Assembly (NCBI GenBank): GCA_963666365.2 | Contig: CAXXNF010000002.1 | Span: forward strand, 1,952,001-2,016,000 | DNA: 64,000 nucleotides | Origin: Syntrophales bacterium | GTDB taxonomy: Bacteria > Desulfobacterota > Syntrophia > Syntrophales > UBA2210 | Direction: 5' to 3' | Shown here: positions 42,221 through 51,494 of the stretch, one piece after another | Position numbering within the stretch: the stretch's first letter is position 1 | Layout: every line of letters begins with the position of its first letter | Notes under the pieces: model-generated | The model's input: the letters and a program-made list of their open reading frames with translations, nothing else | Database searches by the model: none | Told to the model about the DNA's origin: nothing | Made by a program: the position numbers and the translations under genes

Positions 42221-42718
42221 ATGAATCGGAACACATCGATTGTCATCCTTGGCCTTGGCAATATTCTGCTTGGCGATGAGGGATTCGGCGTTCACTTTGT
42301 ACGGTGGTTCGAAGAACGGTACCGTCTTCCCCCTGAGGTCGAAATCGTCGATGGAGGCACCCTGGGCTACCTCCTTCTCGACAATATCTGTAATTGTCGG
42401 CGCCTGATCGTTATCGACGCAATAAAGATTGATGATGCCCCCGGTTCTGTCTATCACTTTCCCGGAGAAGAAATGGCGCTTTATATGCCGCCGCCGACAT
42501 CGGCCCACGAAGTCACCTTTCCCGATGTTCTGCTCAAGGCGGAGCTTCTGAACGAATTGCCGGAAACGATGTTTATTTGCACAGCACCAAAAAACATTGG
42601 CACTATGAACCCATCATTAAGCGACAGTGCTCGCGATCGCTTTAGCACTGTTGAAGGCATACTTTTGAAAGAACTTTCTTCACGGGACATTACCGCAGAG
42701 AGGATAGAGAATGCATGA
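42221..42718 (+). CDS. hydD: Hydrogenase maturation protease (HyaD/HybD family)
   Basis: LGLGNILLGDEGFG, DGGT, IDA and SAHE. Confidence 0.9.
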   Translation: MNRNTSIVILGLGNILLGDEGFGVHFVRWFEERYRLPPEVEIVDGGTLGYLLLDNICNCRRLIVIDAIKIDDAPGSVYHFPGEEMALYMPPPTSAHEVTFPDVLLKAELLNELPETMFICTAPKNIGTMNPSLSDSARDRFSTVEGILLKELSSRDITAERIENA

Positions 42719-43054
42719 GCTGTCGCTTATTAGATCAATGCTCGATATTGTCGAAGATTATGCAATTACAAAAGGATTTCACAAGGCCAACACCCTCAAT
42801 CTCTCTTTCGGGCGGCTCTCTTCTATCGACCTCAGGCCCTGACCTTTGCCTTTGAAATTCAGTCTGAGGCAACCATAGCCGAAGGCGCCCGGCTGGAATT
42901 GGAAGTGCTGCCGGCGGTTGTCTTCTGTTTCGATTGCGAGGAGGAAATCCGAACCGAGACATACAGGGGATGCTGTCCCCTCTGCGAAGGTTCGCAGATA
43001 ATTCTCACAGGGGGAATGGAAGAATTGAAATTGAAAGAAATGGATGTGGATTAG
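42711..43054 (+). pseudogene. hypA: Hydrogenase nickel insertion protein HypA, frameshifted near 42830
   Basis: MHELSL start; this frame stops at TGA 42840. Adding one C gives IDPQALTFAF...CFDC...CPLC...ELKLKEMDVD*. Span is 344 nt, one short of a multiple of 3. Confidence 0.88.
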
Positions 43055-43066
43055 GAGCAAACCATC

Positions 43067-43294
43067 ATGTGCATCGGATTCCCCGGAAAAATCATCGAGA
43101 TTGATGATAACAGGGCGATCATCGAAATAAGCGGGGTGACCCGTGAAATCTGGCTCGATCTCGTGCCCGAGGAGGTGTCCATAGGAGATTATGTCATCTG
43201 CCATGCGGGATTCGCCATTCATCGAATAGACAATGAGGCAGCGCAGGAAAAATTGAGTCTCTTTCAAGATATTATCGACAATGAATTATATTGA
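43067..43294 (+). CDS. hypC: Hydrogenase assembly chaperone
   Basis: MCIGFPG and GDYVICHAGFAI. Confidence 0.93.
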   Translation: MCIGFPGKIIEIDDNRAIIEISGVTREIWLDLVPEEVSIGDYVICHAGFAIHRIDNEAAQEKLSLFQDIIDNELY

Positions 43295-44378
43295 CGAATA
43301 CCGCAATCCCGCCATAGCACAGGCCCTTTTAACCCGAATTCGACACCGGGCAAAGGACTTGAAGCGCGAAATAACGCTCATGGAGGTGTGTGGGAGTCAC
43401 ACCACTGCTATCGGCCGTTTCGGAATCAGAAAACTCCTTCCCGATTCCATTCGCCTCGTCTCGGGACCGGGTTGTCCTGTCTGCGTCACCTCCATCGGCG
43501 ATGTCGACAGGGTTCTTTTTCTTGCTATCCAAACGGGGGTCATCTTTACCACCTTCGGCGATATGCTGCGCGTACCGGGCACGGAAGGGAAAAACCTTCA
43601 GACGCTGCGGGCATCGGGCGCCGATGTACGCATCCTGTCGTCGGCAACAGAGGCACTCGATATTGCAAAGGAAAATACTCAGCGAAGAATCATCTTCATG
43701 GGAATCGGGTTTGAAACAACAGCCCCTACCATAGCCCTCGTTCTTCAGATATGGAAAAAGCAACGAATCGATAATCTTTCTCTTTATTCTGTTCACAAGA
43801 TCATACCGCCTGCCATGAAGATCCTCATATCCGACAGGTCGCTTAACATTGACGGTTTTCTCTGCCCCGGACATGTGAGTACCGTGATAGGCGCAGAAGC
43901 CTATCGTTTCATCGCTGATGCTGGCAGGGCGGCCGTAATTACGGGATTTGAACCGATAGATATCCTGGAGGGCATCCTCATGATTCTTGAACAGCTTGCC
44001 GGCGGGTCCCCAGATGTTGAAATCCAATACAGTCGAGGCATGCACAAAGGGGGTAATTCAAGAGCTCTTGATGCTATGGAGACTGTGTTCGCCACGGGAC
44101 CGGCACTCTGGCGCGGGCTGGGCGAAATTCCCGAAAGCGGGCTTTTTCTCAAAGACTCTTACCGGATCTTCGATGCGCTCAACCATTTTGAGATTCCCTT
44201 CCTCAATACCGAAGAGCCGAAGGGGTGCCGTTGCGGAGATATACTCCGGGGTCTCACCGCCCCCGATCAGTGCCCCCTTTTCAGCCGCCTCTGTAATCCC
44301 GCGCACCCCATAGGGCCATGCATGGTCTCATCGGAAGGAACCTGCGCTGCCTATTATAAATATCGCGATGGGAGGTAA
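43281..44378 (+). CDS. hypD: Hydrogenase formation protein
   Basis: MEVCGSH, GPGCPVC, GFETT, PGHVS and CMVSSEGTC. Confidence 0.95.
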   Translation: MNYIDEYRNPAIAQALLTRIRHRAKDLKREITLMEVCGSHTTAIGRFGIRKLLPDSIRLVSGPGCPVCVTSIGDVDRVLFLAIQTGVIFTTFGDMLRVPGTEGKNLQTLRASGADVRILSSATEALDIAKENTQRRIIFMGIGFETTAPTIALVLQIWKKQRIDNLSLYSVHKIIPPAMKILISDRSLNIDGFLCPGHVSTVIGAEAYRFIADAGRAAVITGFEPIDILEGILMILEQLAGGSPDVEIQYSRGMHKGGNSRALDAMETVFATGPALWRGLGEIPESGLFLKDSYRIFDALNHFEIPFLNTEEPKGCRCGDILRGLTAPDQCPLFSRLCNPAHPIGPCMVSSEGTCAAYYKYRDGR

Positions 44379-44386
44379 CATAAGCG

Positions 44387-45049
44387 ATGAAAGTACCCGT
44401 TGTCAAAAACATTCTCGACGCAAACGACCGGATCGCCGGAGAAAACAGGTCGCTCTTCGATTCCCACGGTCTTTATGTAATCAACCTTATGAGTTCGCCC
44501 GGGGCGGGAAAGACCACCCTGGTGGAAAAGACAATTCAGGCTCTTTGGGCACGATACCGAATCGGCGTAATTGAAGGAGATATTCAGGACACCTATGACG
44601 CCGACCGGATCGCCGCCCTCGATATTCCTGTGGTGCAGATCAACACGGGGGGCGGCTGCCATATCGACGGGAACATGGTACGAGAAGCGCTCCCCGGCCT
44701 GAATCTTGCCGAATTGGATCTCCTCATCGTAGAAAACGTGGGAAATCTGGTCTGTCCCGCCGAGTTTCGGATCGGAGAGGATGTGAAAGTCATGCTGCTC
44801 AGTACGCCTGAGGGCGCCGACAAACCGGCCAAATACCCTCTCATGTTCCACGAATCGGCAGCGCTGATCATCAACAAGACCGACCTGATCCCCTATGTAG
44901 ACTTCGATATGACAACGGCAAAGAAGGCGTCCCTGGCAATCAATCCGAAGCTTGCCATATTTGAAGTGTCCTGCAAAACCGGGGAGGGCCTCGAGAAATG
45001 GTGTGCCTGGCTCGATGCACGAATCCGAAGTGCCAGAGACGCACAATAA
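44387..45049 (+). CDS. hypB: Hydrogenase nickel incorporation GTPase
   Basis: SSPGAGKTT, GGCH, ENVGNLVCPA and NKTD. Confidence 0.95.
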   Translation: MKVPVVKNILDANDRIAGENRSLFDSHGLYVINLMSSPGAGKTTLVEKTIQALWARYRIGVIEGDIQDTYDADRIAALDIPVVQINTGGGCHIDGNMVREALPGLNLAELDLLIVENVGNLVCPAEFRIGEDVKVMLLSTPEGADKPAKYPLMFHESAALIINKTDLIPYVDFDMTTAKKASLAINPKLAIFEVSCKTGEGLEKWCAWLDARIRSARDAQ

Positions 45050-47317
45050 AATTATAAGAACCCGTTTTCTTTTTACGGGAACCGTCCAGGGGGTGGGGTT
45101 TCGTCCGTTCGTATACAGGATCGCCACAGCTCATAGACTTGCTGGTTTCGTAAGAAACAGTTCCGAAGGCGTGATTGTTGAGGTTGAAGGACCCGAAGGA
45201 AGAATGGAGGACTTCCTTTGCGACATGGACAAAACACCCCCCCCTGGCTCGAATTGACGGTGTAAAAAAGCCGGATCGCACTTCGCGGCGACGACTCCTT
45301 TCACATAATAGAAAGCGCCGCCACCGGCGTCCCGTCGGTCCATATCACTGCCGATACCGCCACCTGTGATGCCTGTCTCAAAGAACTCTTCGACCCCACC
45401 GACCGACGCTATCGCTATCCCTTCATCAATTGCACCAACTGCGGTCCCCGGCTTACCATCATCAGGGGCATCCCCTATGACCGTGAAAATACTTCCATGG
45501 CCTCTTTTCCTCTATGCCCTCGCTGCCGCAAAGAATATACTGATCCGGCAGACAGGCGTTTTCACGCAGAGCCGAACGCCTGTCCCGACTGCGGCCCCCA
45601 TCTGGAATTTCTCGACGCCCAGGGGACTCCTTGCGTAACTGCCGATCCAGTGGAAGAGGCGTTCAAGATCCTCTCTTCCGGCCGCATCCTTGCACTGAAA
45701 GGGCTGGGGGGGGTTCATCTTGCCTGCGACGCGATCAATGATGAGGCAGTAAGGCGTCTCAGAACACGTAAATTTCGAGAAGAAAAACCTCTGGCCGTGA
45801 TGGTGCAAGACAGTGCGGCCGCTGCGTCTTTCGTCGTTCTGAGCGAGCCGGAACGTATGCGTCTCCCCTCTCCGGAACGCCCCATCGTTATCGCAAGACA
45901 AAAGAGCGGCGTCCCACTTGCGCCATCAGTGGCCCCGGGAATGAACACCCTGGGAATTATGCTCCCCTATACGCCGCTCCATCATCTATTACTGGCCGGT
46001 CCTTTCAAGGCCCTCGTCATGACAAGCGGCAATCGAACCGACGAACCGATCGCGATCGAAAACGGCGAGGCCGTCACAAGGCTTGCGGGAATCGCCGATC
46101 GATTCCTTCTGCACAACCGGGACATCCTTGTCCGCTGCGACGACTCAATCGTAATGGAGATGGCAGGAAGGACAGTTATGGTAAGTCGTTCCCGAGGATT
46201 CGCGCCCCGTGCCGTCGAATTGCGGAAAGACTTCCCTCCCGTACTCGCACTGGGAGGCCATATGAAGACCACGATCTGTGTGACAAAAGACCGCTATGCC
46301 TTTTTCAGTCCCCATATAGGGGATATGGACACGCCCCAGGCGCGCGACTTCCATCGCGAAAGCATCGCACTGATGGAAAAGATTACCCGCTGCACACCCC
46401 GAATTATCGCCTGCGACTGTCATCCCGGCTACTACACCTCCCGTATGGCACACGAAATGAAGGATGTAGCGGTAGTGGAAGTCCAGCACCACCATGCCCA
46501 TATTGTGAGCTGCATGGCCGAAAGAGGGCTCACCGGACAGGTCATCGGCCTCGCCATGGACGGAACCGGCTACGGTACTGACGGCCATGTATGGGGTGGC
46601 GAATTTCTCTGTGCCGACGAAAGAAACTTCACGCGACTGGGCCATTTCACACATCTCCCCCTGCCCGGCGGAGAGGCGGCGGTGCGCGAACCCTGGAGAT
46701 GCGCCGCAAGTCTGCTGAAACACGCCTTTGGTAATGTATGGTCTGCCGTTGCGAAGCAACTGAATCCGTCCCTGCCTGAAAACGCCCTTTTGATGATCGA
46801 CCGGATGATGACAGAAGCCATCCAGTGTCCCCTCACTTCAAGCCTGGGACGGCTCTTTGAGGGCATAGCCGCGCTCATCGGTCTCCGCCAGAAGGCAAGT
46901 TTCGAGGGACAGGCGCCGATGGAGCTGGAAGCACTGGCCGAAAGGGGAAATCCCCGTCCCCTCCCCTTTGCAACGGCCGTCGAGGGGGATATCACCATAA
47001 TAGATATCGCGCCGGCAATTCGCGAGCTTGTGGCAAAGCGCACTGAAGGCTGCGAACCAGCGGATCTTGCCGCATCTTTCCTACAGATGGCAGTCGAGAT
47101 ATTTCTCGCACTGTCGCGGGAAATACGGCACAAGACAGGCCTCAACCGGGTCGTTCTGAGCGGGGGCTGTTTTCAGAACCGGAATCTGGTGGAAAGGACC
47201 GTCTCGGTTCTCGAAAAGTCGGGGTTCGATGTCTACACCCACTCACTGGTACCTCCCAATGACGGGGGGCTCGCTTTGGGACAGGCCGTTGTGGCCGCTG
47301 CAAAAGCGGAACAGTAA
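45015..47317 (+). pseudogene. hypF: Carbamoyltransferase HypF with two frameshifts (near 45240 and 45270)
   Basis: Three successive frames carry the acylphosphatase domain (GTVQGVGFRPFV), then PPLARID, then the zinc fingers (ATCDACLKE, FINCTNCGPR) plus the YrdC/Kae1 domains (QHHHAH, PPNDGG). Confidence 0.88.
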
Positions 47318-47342
47318 AAATAATCTCGCGCTGAGCCGCCGA

Positions 47343-47390
47343 GACGCTGAGGATAAGAGAAAAAAAGTTTTTTCTCTTATCCCCTGCGTC
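47343..47390. repeat. Long intergenic inverted repeat between hypF and hypE
   Basis: GACGCTGAGGATAAGAGAAAAAA...TTTTTTCTCTTATCCCCTGCGTC. Confidence 0.7.
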
Positions 47391-47435
47391 CCTGCGGGAA
47401 ATAAAATATATAAACGCGACATGAGGTAAGAGGCA

Positions 47436-48446
47436 ATGAATCACGATACCATTCTTCTCGAACACGGGGGCGGCGGTCTTCTTTCCAACACATTGATCGC
47501 CGAAACCTTTCTTCCCCTTTTTAACAATGCCTACCTGGAGCAGCTCAGAGACGGCGCCGTTTTCGATATAGGTACCAAGCGTGTCTGCTTTTCCACTGAT
47601 TCCTACGTGATCAACCCGATCTTTTTCCCGGGAGGGGATATCGGATCACTGGCCGTTCACGGCACCGTCAATGATATCGCCATGTGCGGCGGGAAACCGC
47701 TCTTTTTGAGTGCCGGCTTCATTCTTGAGGAAGGGTTTCCCATGACGGATCTCAAGAAAATTACGCAGTCCATGGCAGAGGCTGCGCATAAGGCGGGAGT
47801 CATGATCGTCACGGGCGACACCAAAGTGGTGACCCGGGGCGCCGCCGACGGCCTTTTCATCAACACATCGGGATTAGGGATCGTGGCATATCCGCAGACA
47901 CTTTCGCCTCAGGCAATAGAACCGAACGACGTGATCATCATAAACGGTACCATCGGTGATCACGGTGGTGCCGTGCTCAGCAGCCGGGAGAGGCTTCAAT
48001 TCAGCGCGCCGCTCTATTCCGATTCAGCCCCTCTGAACAGGCTTGTGGAAGAGATTCTCAGAGCAAGTCCCCGTATTAACTGCATGCGCGACGCCACACG
48101 AGGTGGACTCGGCGCTATTCTCGCCGAACTTGCAGGTCAATCCAACCGCGAACTGCGTATCGACGAGGCAGCGATACCCGTGAAAGATGAGATCAGGGGT
48201 CTTTGCGAAATACTCTGGTTCGACCCGCTCTATCTCGCCAATGAGGGGAAGATGGTAATTTTTGCAGCACCGGAAGAGGACGCCCGCATTTTACAGATCA
48301 TGAAACAACACACATACGGAAAAGATGCCGCCGTTATCGGTCACGTCGGGAAAAAAAACAGGGGACGGGTCATCATGAAAACGCTCATAGGCGGCTTCAG
48401 GGAAATCGATCTCCCCACAGGGGAACTGGCGCCCAGAATCTGTTAA
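47436..48446 (+). CDS. hypE: Hydrogenase maturation protein
   Basis: HGGGG, TDSYV, GTVND, GDTKV, MRDATRGG and C-terminal PRIC. Confidence 0.95.
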   Translation: MNHDTILLEHGGGGLLSNTLIAETFLPLFNNAYLEQLRDGAVFDIGTKRVCFSTDSYVINPIFFPGGDIGSLAVHGTVNDIAMCGGKPLFLSAGFILEEGFPMTDLKKITQSMAEAAHKAGVMIVTGDTKVVTRGAADGLFINTSGLGIVAYPQTLSPQAIEPNDVIIINGTIGDHGGAVLSSRERLQFSAPLYSDSAPLNRLVEEILRASPRINCMRDATRGGLGAILAELAGQSNRELRIDEAAIPVKDEIRGLCEILWFDPLYLANEGKMVIFAAPEEDARILQIMKQHTYGKDAAVIGHVGKKNRGRVIMKTLIGGFREIDLPTGELAPRIC

Positions 48447-48491
48447 GATACTTGTTCTTTTATGAGAGTTTGAATATAGTTTTTCGCAAAA

Positions 48492-49331
48492 TTATCGGAT
48501 CTTTTCCAAGAGTTGGTGCTTCAACAACTCTTTGACCGGCGCCGCCTGATTAAAAATCTCGTCCATTTTGCCGAAATCGAGCATGCGCACATCCTCGATC
48601 CGGGGTCTCAGGTACACATCGGGGGCACGGTACTTCATTTTCTGAGCAAGAACGGCCGACTGCATGATATCGAAGGCGCCAAGAATAGACTCAATAACCG
48701 AAGGTATCTCTTTTTTATCGGTATCTCTGTTTCTGCCTACATTCACGGCAATGGTCAGATCGCAACGATCGATGAGATGATCGTAGGGAACCAGATTCAC
48801 GGCGCCTCCGTCCACAAGCACCTTTCCCTCGAATGATACAGGGGTAAAAATACCTGGGACGGCCATGCTGGCTTGAATGGCAGGCAGCAGTTCTCCGCGT
48901 TCAAAAACGACCTCGCGGGCCTCCCAGAAGTCAGCGGCAACGACAAGGAGGGGAATTTCCAGCTCCTCGAATGTCCTTTTTCGAATCTCATCGAAGAGAT
49001 AGCCGAAAAATCGGTCCGCACTCACCAACCCTCCCTTCCCCCAGCCGGGCACGAAGGAATCGACCCACATGAGTAATTCCGTCTTTTTTTCCAGCACCTC
49101 CCGCCAGGTGTCGTCTTTAGAAATGGTATGCGATTTTACCAGTTTTCGTATCTGACCGCCAGACATCCCCGACGCATAGAGGGCGCCTATTATGGCTCCC
49201 ATACTTGTTCCCGCGATAACAGCCGGTTTCAAGCCCAATTCGTCCAGGGTTTCGAGAACCGGGATATGGGCAAGTCCTCGAACGCCGCCGCCTCCCAGCG
49301 CAAGACCGATGGTTTTTGATATTTTCTTCAT
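48492..49331 (-). CDS. Patatin-like phospholipase (RssA-like)
   Basis: LALGGGGVRG, GTSMG and DGG motifs. Confidence 0.9.
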   Translation of the reverse strand: MKKISKTIGLALGGGGVRGLAHIPVLETLDELGLKPAVIAGTSMGAIIGALYASGMSGGQIRKLVKSHTISKDDTWREVLEKKTELLMWVDSFVPGWGKGGLVSADRFFGYLFDEIRKRTFEELEIPLLVVAADFWEAREVVFERGELLPAIQASMAVPGIFTPVSFEGKVLVDGGAVNLVPYDHLIDRCDLTIAVNVGRNRDTDKKEIPSVIESILGAFDIMQSAVLAQKMKYRAPDVYLRPRIEDVRMLDFGKMDEIFNQAAPVKELLKHQLLEKIR

Positions 49332-49413
49332 GCTGCAGTACTCAAGCGCCGGCAATAATCCACTTTTCTATGAAGGATACATATCGCCTTTGCACTTTCC
49401 TTTGTCTGATTTT

Positions 49414-49791
49414 CTACGGTTCCATTTCCCTGACTTTTCTCTGCATTTCGTCCAGGTAGGCGTCAAGTTCCTTAATGCTTGCAAAGACCTTCAGTGACGG
49501 AAGGGCGTTGATAATATCCAACACCTTTTGTACCGGCGGTTGAAGGTTCACAAGGAGAAGGTTCCCCCCCTGATTCTTGAGATCCCGTTTCGCCTTCAGT
49601 ATGATGCGAATGCCCGCACTGCTCATGTAGTGTACAGATTCCATATCAAGCACAATTTCGGTAGGAGCATGTTTCAAAATCGTATCAATGCTTTTTTCCA
49701 GGATTGAATATGTATCTGAATCGAGTGACCCCACCGGATGTACCTTGAATACGCCTGCCCTTGTTTCCTGCTTGGTGACTGTGAGTGCCAT
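49414..49791 (-). CDS. STAS-domain anti-sigma factor antagonist (RsbV/SpoIIAA-like)
   Basis: GSLDS and LDMESVHYMSSAGIR. Confidence 0.88.
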   Translation of the reverse strand: MALTVTKQETRAGVFKVHPVGSLDSDTYSILEKSIDTILKHAPTEIVLDMESVHYMSSAGIRIILKAKRDLKNQGGNLLLVNLQPPVQKVLDIINALPSLKVFASIKELDAYLDEMQRKVREMEP

Positions 49792-49902
49792 TGTATACCA
49801 TCCTTTTTTTGAATTAATATTCTTTTCGTTCTAGTTCCTTGCAACTGAAAAGAACCCCTGTCCCGCAATGTAAGGCAGGGGACTTCAATGCAGAAATGGA
49901 AA

Positions 49903-50313
49903 TCATCTGTACTTTATCATGGTGAAACGGTTTTTCCCTTCTTCGCGTCTGTAGAAGAATTTATCCATCAATCTGCGAACGATCAATATGCCATACCCTC
50001 CAATCTCATCTCTTTCATAGAAAGGCGTCTCGGTGTCGGGACGGTAATCTTTGATCGGGTCAAAGGCCTTTCCATCGTCCTCGATTTCAATGATCAGCCG
50101 ATCGTCCTGTACATCGATAGTAACGACTATGGTGTGTTCGGCATCGTCATCGTATGCATATGATATGATGTTTGTGAGAACTTCGTCAATGGCGAGGTGA
50201 AGGCTATCGACAAGATCATCAGAGATGGAATGCACATTCCCGAATTCGACGAGGTCATGAATCAAATTCTTTATTTCGCCCAGTCTGTTTTTCAGAAAAA
50301 ACCTTTTTTTCAT
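49903..50313 (-). CDS. Anti-sigma factor Ser/Thr kinase (RsbW-like)
   Basis: LAIDEVLTNIISYAY, DDGKAFDP and GGYGI. Confidence 0.88.
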   Translation of the reverse strand: MKKRFFLKNRLGEIKNLIHDLVEFGNVHSISDDLVDSLHLAIDEVLTNIISYAYDDDAEHTIVVTIDVQDDRLIIEIEDDGKAFDPIKDYRPDTETPFYERDEIGGYGILIVRRLMDKFFYRREEGKNRFTMIKYR

Positions 50314-50321
50314 ATTTTTAT

Positions 50322-50530
50322 TTACCCTTTTAAATATCGCAGGGCCGGCACAGTTATATCATCGGATTGAGGGACTCCTTCAGAGAATGATTTCACCTGA
50401 TCACAGATTGCCTGAACCAAATCGTTTACAGTCCTGTCTTTCTGTGTGAACCGGAACAGGTTTAAAGATTGTATCAATCCCCGCAAAGCAGTTCAGCAGT
50501 CACTCCGTTCGTTGAAAACATTAAGATCTC
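50322..50530 (-). pseudogene. Degenerate C-terminal remnant of a PP2C/SpoIIE (RsbU-like) phosphatase
   Basis: One frame reads ...LVQAICDQVKSFSEGVPQSDDITVPALRYLKG*. A second frame upstream reads EILMFSTNGVT (compare the family motif LYTDGVTE). Confidence 0.65.
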
Positions 50531-50833
50531 CCTTTTACCAAGAATATATGGTTGCAGAGTTGTAAAACAACGAAACGAGGTCAATGGCTACATATCAATT
50601 GAAATAGCGATTCGCTGTGTCAAGGTATGCTACCCTAAATACCGGAAAAGTAAAAGGTGTTTTTATTTTATGCACTTCTGCCTTTGCCTATGACGCCTGT
50701 TTTTGATACGTTTAGAAAGTTTTTCTGTCTGGGCGGACAATAAATGTCCGAATATTTAAAAAGAGAACCTGCTCCATTCATTTAATCGAAATGCCGGGGT
50801 TTCTATATTTTAAAATCACAAGGAGTATACTTA

Positions 50834-51394
50834 ATGAAAGTGATCGGTGCAATCGGCCAAAACGGTTCGGGAAAAGACGAAGTGCTGAAATATCTAAAAA
50901 CCGCCTACGGCATCCCCTTTTTTTCAACCGGCGACATGGTGAGAGAAATTGCCGCGAAGCAAGGTGTCGAACCCACGAGAGAACACCTTCGCAACATTTC
51001 CGAACGATATTTCCGCGAGAAAGGCGAGGGATGTTTTGTCAGGCTTCTGGCCGAACGTATCGCAAAAGAAGCGCCTCCTGTTGTAGGAATAAGCGGAATA
51101 CGATCGCTTACGGACGTAACGATTCTGCGCGACAGATTCGGAGCGAATTTTATCCTGATTGAGGTAACCGTCGAGGATCCGAAACTTCGCTACTCGCGCA
51201 TGGTCGCAAGGGCCGAAGAACGGGACCCCACAAGTTACGAGCAATTTCTTGCCCAGGATAAGGCAGAGGAAGAACTTTTCCACCTGGGTGCGGCAGGACG
51301 CAATGCCGATCACCGCATTGGTAATGACGGAACCCTGGCCGATCTCCAAAAAGTCATAGATACGCTGGTTAATCAGAAAGATATCCTTCGTTAA
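50834..51394 (+). CDS. P-loop nucleotide kinase (archaeal-type dephospho-CoA kinase / UPF0200-like)
   Basis: IGQNGSGKD, STGDMVRE, SGIRS and NDGTL. Confidence 0.65.
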   Translation: MKVIGAIGQNGSGKDEVLKYLKTAYGIPFFSTGDMVREIAAKQGVEPTREHLRNISERYFREKGEGCFVRLLAERIAKEAPPVVGISGIRSLTDVTILRDRFGANFILIEVTVEDPKLRYSRMVARAEERDPTSYEQFLAQDKAEEELFHLGAAGRNADHRIGNDGTLADLQKVIDTLVNQKDILR

Positions 51395-51422
51395 GAAGAG
51401 GGAAAGGGTCCTCGCATAAAAC

Positions 51423-51466
51423 TCGTCGCCCCTCGCTTCCTTTCGAAAGGAAGCGGGGGGCGACGA
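51423..51466. terminator. Long hairpin between convergent genes (probable bidirectional terminator)
   Basis: TCGTCGCCCCTCGCTTCCTT-TCGA-AAGGAAGCGGGGGGCGACGA. Confidence 0.7.
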
Positions 51467-51494
51467 TAATATTTTGATATTTAACACCTTTTTA

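Noticed and set aside
45237..45244. Phase variation of hypF through the C8 tract
   Set aside because: A second frameshift about 30 nt downstream means a change in tract length alone cannot restore the conserved protein
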